A stretch of 32,616 nucleotides of DNA, from positions 1 through 32,616 of IMG/VR virus record IMGVR_UViG_3300037991_000616, one strand, 5' to 3'. The translations under genes were made by a program, and so were the position numbers. Positions 14,573-23,111 of this stretch are shown in pieces; the stretch's first letter is position 1, and every line of letters starts with the position of its first letter. The stretch comes from a virus. Taxonomy: Duplodnaviria > Caudoviricetes. The notes beneath the pieces are model-generated. The model saw only the letters and a program-made list of their open reading frames with translations. It ran no database searches and was not told the DNA's origin.

Positions 14573-14865
14573 TGGCAGAAAGTGTATCTGATTTAAGGAA
14601 GAAAGCTTCTACGTTAAAGAAACGTATTAAGGTTATGGAGGATGCGTCTGGCATTGGTGTTGCTGAACAAGCTGGGCAGGATGGTGACAGATTTATTTAT
14701 AAGGATAAAAGTCTTTTGAAAAAAGCTTTTGGGAAGACTATGAATACCCTCCTCGATGCAAGAGAAAATAAACTTATGAAGAATCCAACGTATAAAAAGT
14801 TGACGAATGAGTTAGTAAGAGTTCAAGATTTAATATTTGAGAAGACGAAAAATGGCAGTAAATGA
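14572..14865 (+). CDS. Small basic hypothetical protein
   Basis: TAATG coupling with the upstream gene; Lys-rich. Confidence 0.7.
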   Translation: MAESVSDLRKKASTLKKRIKVMEDASGIGVAEQAGQDGDRFIYKDKSLLKKAFGKTMNTLLDARENKLMKNPTYKKLTNELVRVQDLIFEKTKNGSK

Positions 14866-15019
14866 AGCTGGTAATTATACAAAGCCCAAGATGAGAAAGA
14901 CTTTGTTTCAAAGAATTAAGGCAAGAGCTACACATGGTACGGCTGCTGGTCAGTGGTCTGCTCGAAAGGCGCAGCTTCTTGCCAAGGAATACAAAAAACG
15001 CGGTGGCGGTTATAAGTAA
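14852..15019 (+). CDS. Small basic protein (GQWSARKAQ motif)
   Basis: MAVNEAGNYTKP...GQWSARKAQLLAKEYKKRGGGYK, a motif I recall from DUF5872-like proteins. Confidence 0.75.
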   Translation: MAVNEAGNYTKPKMRKTLFQRIKARATHGTAAGQWSARKAQLLAKEYKKRGGGYK

Positions 15020-15031
15020 AGGAGACAACCA

Positions 15032-15196
15032 ATGGCTAAAAGACCGACATTAATTAGAAAAGATCTAAAAAAAGCATCTTTGGAAGAGTTAATGGAACTT
15101 TTCAAAAAAGTTCCAGATGATGATCTCAAACCATTTTTTTCTAAATCTATGATAAGAAGAATGGAAAAGAGTGGTTTTAAGGTTATTAAAAAGTGA
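15032..15196 (+). CDS. Small basic protein (54 aa, not in ORF track)
   Basis: AAGGAG SD; MAKRPTLIRKDLKK...VIKK*; the stop overlaps the next GTG. Confidence 0.7.
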   Translation: MAKRPTLIRKDLKKASLEELMELFKKVPDDDLKPFFSKSMIRRMEKSGFKVIKK

Positions 15197-15432
15197 AGGC
15201 TTCACAAAAGTCGTTACTTAACTGGGGCAAACAGAAGTGGCGCACCAAGTCTGGCAAAAAGTCTAGTGAGACAGGTGAACGGTACTTACCTAGCGCGGCT
15301 ATTGCTGCTCTTAGTGATGCTGAATATGCAGCTACAACCAGAGCTAAACGAAAGGGTAAGGCAAAGGGTAAGCAGTTTGTGGCTCAACCGAAAAAGATTG
15401 CTAGGAAAGTAAAACCATATAGGAAAGGATAG
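15193..15432 (+). CDS. Small basic protein (DUF5872-like)
   Basis: SQKSLLNWGKQKWRTKSGK...GERYLP. Confidence 0.75.
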   Translation: MKASQKSLLNWGKQKWRTKSGKKSSETGERYLPSAAIAALSDAEYAATTRAKRKGKAKGKQFVAQPKKIARKVKPYRKG

Positions 15433-15436
15433 AAAC

Positions 15437-15565
15437 ATGCCTATGGGAAAAGGAACTTATGGTTCACAGGTCGGAAGACCAAAGAAAAAGAAAAAAACTT
15501 TGCTAACTAAAAAGCAAAAGACTTTACCAAAGGATTTACAAAAGAAGATAATGGATTCTAAGTAA
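15437..15565 (+). CDS. Very basic 42-aa protein (not in ORF track)
   Basis: AAGGA SD; MPMGKGTYGSQVGRPKKKKK...; TAATG coupling to the next gene. Confidence 0.7.
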   Translation: MPMGKGTYGSQVGRPKKKKKTLLTKKQKTLPKDLQKKIMDSK

Positions 15566-15780
15566 TGGCTTGGTATATTAAATCTACTGGTGAATTATGG
15601 ACAGGTCCGATCCATGAATTGCATGGATCAACTTGGACTGAAGAAAATCATATGAGTTATTCTAAGAAATTAGAAGAAGGTGCTGAACCAGTAAAGGCTC
15701 GTAGTAAGAAGGGTACTTTTAAATCTGATGATCCTTCTACGCCTAATATAGATGAATCAAAGGCAAAACCTAAAAAATGA
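15565..15780 (+). CDS. Small hypothetical protein
   Basis: 71 aa; ARSKKGTFKSDDPSTPNIDES motif. Confidence 0.7.
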   Translation: MAWYIKSTGELWTGPIHELHGSTWTEENHMSYSKKLEEGAEPVKARSKKGTFKSDDPSTPNIDESKAKPKK

Positions 15781-15977
15781 GTTTTGTTGATATGCTTAAA
15801 CCAGAAGAGCTTCGAATGCTTCGAAGAATAGTAAAGAAGGTACACTTTCAACACTTCGATGAAAAGCATGGCAAGTCTTTTGTTACTAATAAGATGCTTG
15901 ATAATGTAATCGACAACATTGGCCCTGATGTTGCAGAGACTATGATTAAGTTTGGGGTCGATAAAGGTCTTAGATGA
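15777..15977 (+). CDS. Small hypothetical protein
   Basis: ATGA overlaps at both ends; 66 aa. Confidence 0.7.
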   Translation: MSFVDMLKPEELRMLRRIVKKVHFQHFDEKHGKSFVTNKMLDNVIDNIGPDVAETMIKFGVDKGLR

Positions 15978-16360
15978 CTAAATTTAATGTAAAATATGTT
16001 AACTCTTCTGAGTCTTTTGATGCTAGAAAGATAAGACAGCAGATAGCTCATATAGAACAGAGCCAAGCTTTAAGAAAAGAAAGATTAAATTCTGTAAAGA
16101 AAATGGCTGATTATGCAAAAAGCAAAGGCGTTTCTTTTTCTTATATGAATAAATTAACTAAACAAAACTTTTCTGATAATCAAAAAAATTTAAAAGCATT
16201 GTATAATATTGTAAAAACAGATGCATTTAAAAAAGCAGAAGCAGCCGCTAAAGCAAGATCAAGTAAAATAAAATTTAGAAATATATCTGGCAAAGGTGGC
16301 GGTGGTAGTATGAAAATGCCACAAGAATATGCAAAGCCAAGTTTGTTTAGAAAGAACTAA
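15974..16360 (+). CDS. Basic hypothetical protein
   Basis: 128 aa, Lys-rich, coupled to terL. Confidence 0.7.
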   Translation: MTKFNVKYVNSSESFDARKIRQQIAHIEQSQALRKERLNSVKKMADYAKSKGVSFSYMNKLTKQNFSDNQKNLKALYNIVKTDAFKKAEAAAKARSSKIKFRNISGKGGGGSMKMPQEYAKPSLFRKN

Positions 16361-17883
16361 TGACTGAGTTTAAGTATAAGCCTGATGGTGATATCCTAAA
16401 GGCTTTTATGAAGGATGATACTTTCTTTCGTGGCATTCGAGGGCCAGTAGGTTCTGGTAAATCTGTTGGCTGTTGTGTTGAGGTTTTTCGTAGAGCCTTA
16501 ATGCAAAAGAAGAATGAGAAAGGTATTCGAAGAAGTAGATGGGCAATCATTCGAAATACAAACCCACAGCTTCGAACAACTACTATTAAGACTTGGCTTG
16601 ATTGGTTTCCTGAAGATGTATGGGGAAAGTTTACTTGGTCAGTTCCCTATACTCACAACATTAAAAAGAATGACTTAGAGCTTGAGGTTATCTTCTTAGC
16701 ATTAGACAGACCTGAAGATGTCAAAAAACTTTTATCACTTGAGCTAACTGGTGTCTGGGTCAATGAGGCTAGAGAAGTTCCCAAGTCTATTATCGATGCG
16801 TGTACAATGCGTGTTGGTCGATTCCCTTCTATGCGTGAAGGTGGGCCGAGTTGGTCAGGGGTAATATGTGATACTAACGCCCCTGAAGAAGATCACTGGT
16901 GGCCTATTATGTCGGGTGAAGTTCCTGTTCCTGATCATATTCCGAGAGAACAGGCTAGGATGTTAGTTAAACCAGACAACTGGGAGTTCTTTACACAACC
17001 CTCTGGAATGATTGAAGTAAAAGATGAAGAGGGTGAGATTGTAGATTACGAACCAAATAAAGACTCAGAGAACAGAAAACATATGCTTGAAGGTTATTAT
17101 CCTAATTTAATCAGGGGTAAAACAAAAAGCTGGATTGATGTATATGTTATGAATAGATTAGGAAGTATCCAAGATGGGAAGCCGATCTATCCAATGTTCG
17201 CGGCAGAAGTACATATAGCCAAAGAAGAAGTAGCGGTTGCAGCAGGTTATCCGCTATACGTTGGCTTGGACTTTGGGTTGACTCCAGCAGCCACTCTTGG
17301 ACAAAAGATCAGAGGTCGCTGGCTTGTGCAGTCGGAGATAGTGGCTTTTGATATGGGGATTGTTAGGTTTGCTGAAGTATTGCGTGAGGAAATCTCCTCC
17401 CGATTTTCTCAAGCATCTGAGGTGTATATATATGGCGATCCTGCTGGGGATTTTAGAGCGCAGACAGATGAGAGTACTCCCTTCCACATCTTGCGCGGTG
17501 CTGGCTTGAGGGCATTCCCAGCCCCTTCTAACTCTGTAGATCTTCGGTTGGAAGCTGTATCATCCCAGCTTACTAAGATGGTCGAGGGCAAGCCAGCATT
17601 TTTAATTGATCGAAGGTGTCAGCAACTTATCAAAGGTTTTGAAGGTGGCTATCAATATAAACGTATGGAAGTAAGTGGCGAAAGATATGCAGATAAGCCA
17701 GACAAGAATATGTACTCGCATATTCACGATGCGTTACAATATATGATGTTAGGTGCTGGTGAGGGTAGAGCATTGTTAAATAACCAAAAACCTGCACGTC
17801 CTGTTGTTGCTGGCAAAAACTTTGATGTTTTTTCTAAACATAAACAAAAATCAAGAAGACAAGGATTATGGGCGCGTATGTAA
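16360..17883 (+). CDS. terL: Terminase large subunit
   Basis: Walker A GPVGSGKS, Walker B VWVNEARE, coupling motif DTN, nuclease motifs GLDFG and HIHDALQY. Confidence 0.95.
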   Translation: MTEFKYKPDGDILKAFMKDDTFFRGIRGPVGSGKSVGCCVEVFRRALMQKKNEKGIRRSRWAIIRNTNPQLRTTTIKTWLDWFPEDVWGKFTWSVPYTHNIKKNDLELEVIFLALDRPEDVKKLLSLELTGVWVNEAREVPKSIIDACTMRVGRFPSMREGGPSWSGVICDTNAPEEDHWWPIMSGEVPVPDHIPREQARMLVKPDNWEFFTQPSGMIEVKDEEGEIVDYEPNKDSENRKHMLEGYYPNLIRGKTKSWIDVYVMNRLGSIQDGKPIYPMFAAEVHIAKEEVAVAAGYPLYVGLDFGLTPAATLGQKIRGRWLVQSEIVAFDMGIVRFAEVLREEISSRFSQASEVYIYGDPAGDFRAQTDESTPFHILRGAGLRAFPAPSNSVDLRLEAVSSQLTKMVEGKPAFLIDRRCQQLIKGFEGGYQYKRMEVSGERYADKPDKNMYSHIHDALQYMMLGAGEGRALLNNQKPARPVVAGKNFDVFSKHKQKSRRQGLWARM

Positions 17884-17884
17884 T

Positions 17885-17920
17885 TGTGCGTTGATGTTTT
17901 TTTAATTATGTGCATATGCA
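17885..17920 (+). promoter_or_regulatory. Putative late promoter with TGTGCGTTG motif
   Basis: TAATTGTGCGTTGA at 17881-17894 is identical to 901-914 and lies in the gap before the head genes. Confidence 0.6.
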
Positions 17921-17941
17921 TTACAAAACTAGGAGCTAATT

Positions 17942-18262
17942 ATGTGTGGCAGAAAAAGAGATCCAAAGATAGATGAACAACTCAAAGAAAACAAAGCGGA
18001 AGCCGAAGCAGCAAAAGACACAGCCCAAGCCGATCTTAAAGAAGCAAAAGCAGACGCTTTGGAGCAAGCTAAAATGGATGCTCCGTCTGAAGAAATAGTT
18101 ACTCAAGGTCAATTAGATCGCCAAGGCGAAAATATTTTTGATGACCCTGAAAGAAAAAGCATGGCTGCTTTGCGAAGATCAAGACGTTCAGGTGGTCGAG
18201 GTCGTAGAAGTTTACTTACTGCTAAAACAGGTCAGGGATATTTCTCAAGGTTTGGTCTCTAA
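17942..18262 (+). CDS. Small virion-associated protein upstream of portal
   Basis: AGGAG SD; basic GRGRRSLL C-terminus; position like T7 gp6.7/7.3. Confidence 0.7.
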   Translation: MCGRKRDPKIDEQLKENKAEAEAAKDTAQADLKEAKADALEQAKMDAPSEEIVTQGQLDRQGENIFDDPERKSMAALRRSRRSGGRGRRSLLTAKTGQGYFSRFGL

Positions 18263-19794
18263 TGGATGAAATAGCCAAGAATTATCTTGAAAGATATAAC
18301 AGAGCAAAAGCTAAACGCGAAAACTTTGTTCCTCTTTTTGAAGAATGTTATGAATATGCATTGCCTCAAAGAGAAAGTTTTTATCATGAAACGATAGGTC
18401 AAAGGCGTGATGATAAAATATTTGATGAAACTGCTGTAGTTGGTGTTCAAGAGTTTGCATCAAGATTGCAATCAGGTCTTGTGCCTAACTTTGCTCGATG
18501 GGCTGATTTAACTGCTGGCTCAGAAGTTCCAAAAGAAAACAGAGAAGAAGTTAATAACGAGCTAGATGAAGTTACTGATTATGTATTCGAAGTAATTCAA
18601 AACTCAAACTTTGCACAAGAAGTTCATGAGTCATTCATGGACTTGGCAGTCGGGACTGGTATCTTGGTTTGCGAAGAAGGCGATGCAATTAATCCTATAC
18701 GTTTTTCAGCTATACCTTTGCCTCATGTAATACTTGATACTGGCCCCGATGATAATATCGATCATGTGTTTCGAGAGCGTAAGAACATAAGATTTAATCA
18801 GTTAGAACAGTTATATCCCAAAGCTAAGTTTTCTCCTGAAGTAAATTCTATGGTTCAGGGTGCTGGTGATAAAACAACTACAGTTCTTGAGATTGTTTGC
18901 AAAAACTATGCATCACCTAATGTAAATGCAAACTTTCATTATGCAATTTGCATGACAACAAAGTCTGTAATATTTAAAAGAGAAATGCAGGGTCTTGGAT
19001 CTAATCCATTTATTTGTTTTCGTTGGTCAAAATGTGCTGGTGAAGTTTATGGTCGTGGCCCATTAATCAATGCATTGTCTTCTATTAAAACAACTAATCT
19101 TACAATCGAGTTGATATTAGAAAATGCACAGATGTCTATCTCTGGTATATATCAAATGGAAGATGATGGGGTAATAAACCCTGATACAATTAATCTCGTT
19201 CCAGGGACTATAATTCCTAAAGCTATGGGATCTGCTGGATTGCAACCTATACAAGCTGCTGGTCGTTTCGATGTTGCTCAATTAGTTTTGGGAGATATGA
19301 GAAACAATATTAAACGTGCTTTGTATAATGATATGCTTGGAGATCCTAATAAAACTCCTGCATCTGCAACAGAAATAGCAGAGCGTATGGCAGATTTATC
19401 AAGACGTATTGGTTCTGCATTTGGTAGATTACAAGCTGAGTTAGTCCAGCCTGTTCTTCAAAGAGTTATTTATATACTAAAAAAACAAGGCCGTATAGAA
19501 GTGCCAACTGTTAATGGTAGAGAAGTAAAAGTTAAGTCTGTATCTCCATTAGCACAAGCTCAAGCCAATCAAGATATTACTGCTATCTCAAGATTCCTTG
19601 AATTAACTCAAGGTGCATTTGGCCCTGAAACTTTACAGCTATTAGTAAACAGCGAAGAGACTGCTGCTTACCTTGCCAAAAAGTTTGGAGTGCCAGATAA
19701 TTTAATAAGAGATGAGGCACAAAGAAAAGAAATAGTTGCATTAATGCAGCAAATGCAGCAAAGTCAGGCTCAAGCACCACAACCAATGGAGTAA
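18262..19794 (+). CDS. Portal (head-tail connector), T7 gp8-like
   Basis: RWSKCAGEVYGRGP, SATEIAER and GRLQAELVQP motifs; 510 aa. Confidence 0.93.
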   Translation: MDEIAKNYLERYNRAKAKRENFVPLFEECYEYALPQRESFYHETIGQRRDDKIFDETAVVGVQEFASRLQSGLVPNFARWADLTAGSEVPKENREEVNNELDEVTDYVFEVIQNSNFAQEVHESFMDLAVGTGILVCEEGDAINPIRFSAIPLPHVILDTGPDDNIDHVFRERKNIRFNQLEQLYPKAKFSPEVNSMVQGAGDKTTTVLEIVCKNYASPNVNANFHYAICMTTKSVIFKREMQGLGSNPFICFRWSKCAGEVYGRGPLINALSSIKTTNLTIELILENAQMSISGIYQMEDDGVINPDTINLVPGTIIPKAMGSAGLQPIQAAGRFDVAQLVLGDMRNNIKRALYNDMLGDPNKTPASATEIAERMADLSRRIGSAFGRLQAELVQPVLQRVIYILKKQGRIEVPTVNGREVKVKSVSPLAQAQANQDITAISRFLELTQGAFGPETLQLLVNSEETAAYLAKKFGVPDNLIRDEAQRKEIVALMQQMQQSQAQAPQPME

Positions 19795-19797
19795 AGC

Positions 19798-20073
19798 TTG
19801 AGTAAAAAACCTTATGTTGGGATTGATGGAGTACAAAGATCCCAAAAACTTGATGAACAAATTAGTTTAGATGTTGCTGCTTTACTGGCTACACCTTCAG
19901 GACAGTCAGTTATGCAGTATCTAAAATCAATTACAACTGACATTGCTAATGGACCAAACATATCTAATGATGAGTTGCGGCATTTAGAAGGTCAAAGATT
20001 TGTTATTGGATTATTATCTTCCAGAGCTAATCATGGATCTTTAATTAAATCTAAAGAGGGTAAGAATGAGTGA
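19798..20073 (+). CDS. Small head-region protein (Bbp19-like)
   Basis: TPSGQSVMQYL...HLEGQR pattern between portal and scaffold. Confidence 0.7.
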   Translation: MSKKPYVGIDGVQRSQKLDEQISLDVAALLATPSGQSVMQYLKSITTDIANGPNISNDELRHLEGQRFVIGLLSSRANHGSLIKSKEGKNE

Positions 20074-20791
20074 AGAAGAAACAACAACTGTAGAAGATGT
20101 TGCCTCAACTGAAACCTCAGAGGCAACAGTTGAGGAAGCTACAACTTCTGAACGTCCTGAATGGTTGCCAGAAAAATTTAATGATCCATCTGAACTAGGC
20201 AAAGCGTATAAAGAATTAGAATCAAAACTTGGACAGAAAGAAGAAGATATAAAAGCCAAGTTGATGGAGGAGCTTGATCAACCGAAAGAAGGTGTTCCCG
20301 ATTCTTTTGGCGATTACAAACTACCTGCTGACATTGATTTTGATGAAGCTATGGGTTCTGATTTACTTCAGGACTGGGCAAAACATTGTCATGATATGAA
20401 GTATTCTCATGAAGAATTTCAAAAGGGTATTGAGTTTTATATGGCTGCTCAACCTGAAGAAATTGATTTAGATGTAGAGGCTTCTAAGCTTGGAGAAAAT
20501 TCAGAGGCTAGGATTGAGGCTGCATCTTTATTTGCTAATAAATTTTTTCCAGAAGAAATGTTACCTGCTTTAGAACGTATGTGTGAAACTAGTGATGGTA
20601 TTATTGCTTTAGAATTTATGATGGAACAAATGCAAGATCCATCTGTTGTTGATGCTAGTCCTGCTACTGGTGCAATAAGTCAGGCTCGATTAGAAGAAAT
20701 GATGAAAGATCCAAGATATCATGATCGATCTCAACAAGATCCAAATTTTATTAAGATGGTCAATGATGGATTCCAGAAACTTTACGGATGA
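20066..20791 (+). CDS. Capsid scaffolding protein
   Basis: Very acidic; RPEWLPEKF...AYKELESKLG and MMKDPRY. Confidence 0.85.
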   Translation: MSEEETTTVEDVASTETSEATVEEATTSERPEWLPEKFNDPSELGKAYKELESKLGQKEEDIKAKLMEELDQPKEGVPDSFGDYKLPADIDFDEAMGSDLLQDWAKHCHDMKYSHEEFQKGIEFYMAAQPEEIDLDVEASKLGENSEARIEAASLFANKFFPEEMLPALERMCETSDGIIALEFMMEQMQDPSVVDASPATGAISQARLEEMMKDPRYHDRSQQDPNFIKMVNDGFQKLYG

Positions 20792-21305
20792 AGTAAGAAT
20801 AATGAAAAGAGGGGGTTACTACTTAACTCCCTTTTATGATGATCATATATATGAATTTATTCATGTTATTCACCCAGAAAATATTAAAGAGCTACTAGAG
20901 TTAGAACGATACTCAAATATCTTAACTGCATTAAAAGATCTTACAAAAAATAGTGAAGTATATTTAGTAAGAGACAAAAGCGATGAAATAGTTTTTGTCG
21001 GTGGTTTATTTTTTGATGATGATGTTCCTCAGATGTTTGCTATGTTTTCTACAAAGATACGAGATAACTTCTTTGCATTAGCTAGAGGATCAAAGATGTT
21101 AATAAGTTTTTTTGATCAAACATATCCTATGCTTTCTATGTGTATTAAGGCTGATTATGGAGATATGTTACAGTGGGCAGCTTGGTTAGGGTTTGAGCCT
21201 GTTGGCTGTTCTCAGAGAAAAAATATTGAATTTATTGATTTTGTGCGTTGCAATCCTGAGATAAATAATGTTGTAGATAAATTATCGAGGCCCATAACGC
21301 ACTGA
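20763..21305 (+). CDS. GNAT-fold / T7 gp13-like protein (start uncertain: 20763 or 20802)
   Basis: C-terminal QWAAWLGFE signature. Confidence 0.6.
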   Translation: MMDSRNFTDEVRIMKRGGYYLTPFYDDHIYEFIHVIHPENIKELLELERYSNILTALKDLTKNSEVYLVRDKSDEIVFVGGLFFDDDVPQMFAMFSTKIRDNFFALARGSKMLISFFDQTYPMLSMCIKADYGDMLQWAAWLGFEPVGCSQRKNIEFIDFVRCNPEINNVVDKLSRPITH

Positions 21306-21355
21306 GAAGCCCGAAAGGATACCTTCGTTGAGGATGCTAAGTGGACACCCAAGAT
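21242..21355 (+). promoter_or_regulatory. TGTGCGTTG promoter motif and structured leader of the capsid gene
   Basis: Motif at 21242-21250; nested hairpin at 21289-21350. Confidence 0.55.
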
Positions 21356-21385
21356 GCAAACATAACTTAACTTAGGAACTGTAAA

Positions 21386-22195
21386 ATGGCTAATACTATT
21401 GACCAAGCCTTTATTAAACAGTTTGAGACCGATGTGCATCTTGCATACCAGCGCATGGGTTCTAAACTGCGTAATACCATTCGTTCTACGAATGTGACAG
21501 GCAGCACTGCTAGATTCCAAAAGATTGGAACTGGCACTGCATCAACTAAATCACGCAATGGTAATGTTACTCCTATGGAGTTAACACATACTAATGTGGA
21601 AGTAACAATGTCTGACTTCTATGCTGCTGAGTATATCGACAAACTTGATGAGTTGAAAATTAATATCAACGAACGTCAAGCTGTTGCCGAAAGTGCTGCT
21701 GCTGCATTGGGTCGTAAGACTGATGATTTGATTACAACAGCAATGGATGCTGGTGCTAACTCAACTCAACTTCACGATACATCATCTGCTGTTGAAAAAG
21801 CAGATTTGTTATCTGCATTTGAAACATTTGGTAATGCAAGCATTCCAGAAGATGGACAGCGTTATATCGCTATGTCTCCTGCTGGTTTTGCGGATCTGTT
21901 TAACATTACAGAATTTGCTTCAAGTGATTTTGTTGGACCACAAAACTTACCGTTTGCTGGCGGTATGACAATGAAAGAGTTCTTGGGCTTCAAGATCTTT
22001 TCAACATCGGCTGTAGCTGGTGGTAAGAACTTTGTTTACCACATGAGAGCAGTTGGACTTGGTGTGAACTCTGATGTTCAAACTGAGGTAAACTATGTAG
22101 CAGAAAAAGTATCACACCTAGCGACATCAATGATGTCAATGGGTTCTGTTGTCATCGATGACAATGGTGTATACGAACTGCTAGATAATAACTAG
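21386..22195 (+). CDS. Major capsid protein (BPP-1/HTVC010P-like)
   Basis: TIDQAFIKQFETDVHLAYQRMGSKLRNT, AALGRKTD and IPEDGQRY; follows the scaffold. Confidence 0.92.
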   Translation: MANTIDQAFIKQFETDVHLAYQRMGSKLRNTIRSTNVTGSTARFQKIGTGTASTKSRNGNVTPMELTHTNVEVTMSDFYAAEYIDKLDELKININERQAVAESAAAALGRKTDDLITTAMDAGANSTQLHDTSSAVEKADLLSAFETFGNASIPEDGQRYIAMSPAGFADLFNITEFASSDFVGPQNLPFAGGMTMKEFLGFKIFSTSAVAGGKNFVYHMRAVGLGVNSDVQTEVNYVAEKVSHLATSMMSMGSVVIDDNGVYELLDNN

Positions 22196-22207
22196 GAGGG
22201 TTAGAAA

Positions 22208-22477
22208 ATGGCTTATAGTGCAAGTGGACTAACTCGTTTGTCTGGTGGTTCTGGTGTTAATCTTTGGCACTACACCACAACAGATGCAATCGGTGATGTA
22301 AACACTGCTAACTACTTTAACGATGCGATTGGCATGATTCGTTCTTTGGACGTAATTATTGCTGTTACATCAACAGGTGGTACACCAGCAGTTAGTCTTG
22401 TTTACGCAAAGGATGTTTCGGCAACCGCGATTGACGTAACTGATGGCTTAACAGTCACAGCAACTGACAGCGACTAG
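22208..22477 (+). CDS. Probable capsid decoration/cement protein
   Basis: 89 aa, beta-rich, AGGAGG SD; lies between the capsid gene and a terminator. Confidence 0.65.
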   Translation: MAYSASGLTRLSGGSGVNLWHYTTTDAIGDVNTANYFNDAIGMIRSLDVIIAVTSTGGTPAVSLVYAKDVSATAIDVTDGLTVTATDSD

Positions 22478-22479
22478 TA

Positions 22480-22506
22480 GGTTGGGGCTTCGGCCCCACC
22501 TTTTTT
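22480..22506 (+). terminator. Rho-independent terminator after capsid genes
   Basis: GGTTGGGGC-TTCG-GCCCCACC-TTTTTT. Confidence 0.92.
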
Positions 22507-22517
22507 AAGGATTAGAA

Positions 22518-23111
22518 ATGGCAGTAACAAGTACACCAGCAAACTCAGCTATAGATATTTGTGCAAGAGCTTTAATCCTGATTGGTGCTGATCCTATAAC
22601 TTCTTTTGATGATGGAAATAATGAGGCTCTTGTAGCCTCTAATGTTTATGAAGATATAGCTAGGGCTTCTTTAACATCTTCTCGTTGGAGATTTTCTACT
22701 AATCAGGCTATATTGAATAGGTTAACAGATGCACCAACAGGACGATATGATGCTGCATATCAATTACCAGATGGATGGTTAATGACACATGCTGTTACTG
22801 TTAATGATACTCCGATTGAGTATCAAACATATGGTAACAAAATATATGCTGATGAAGATGCTACCTCAGTAGTAATTCTTGATTATACTTATAGAGCAGA
22901 AGAAACAGATTTTCCTTCATATTTTACAATTGCTTTGGAATTAGAGTTAGCAAGAGTGTTTGCTTTTAGTTTAGCAAGAGATGCACAATTAGCTAATCTT
23001 ATGGCTCAACAAGCGCAAACTGCTATGATGAAAGCTAGAACTATTGATTCTCAACAACAAACAACAAGAAAACTAAATACATCAAGATTTATTGCACAAA
23101 GGCGAAGCTAA
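22518..23111 (+). CDS. Tail tubular protein A (adaptor, T7 gp11-like)
   Basis: IDICARALILIGADPITSF and WRFS...YQLP. Confidence 0.85.
   Translation: MAVTSTPANSAIDICARALILIGADPITSFDDGNNEALVASNVYEDIARASLTSSRWRFSTNQAILNRLTDAPTGRYDAAYQLPDGWLMTHAVTVNDTPIEYQTYGNKIYADEDATSVVILDYTYRAEETDFPSYFTIALELELARVFAFSLARDAQLANLMAQQAQTAMMKARTIDSQQQTTRKLNTSRFIAQRRS

Noticed and set aside
22193-22210. Capsid read-through into the in-frame downstream gene, or TAG recoding
   Set aside because: Two in-frame TAG codons intervene, the downstream gene has its own AGGAGG, and genes are intact in the standard code.
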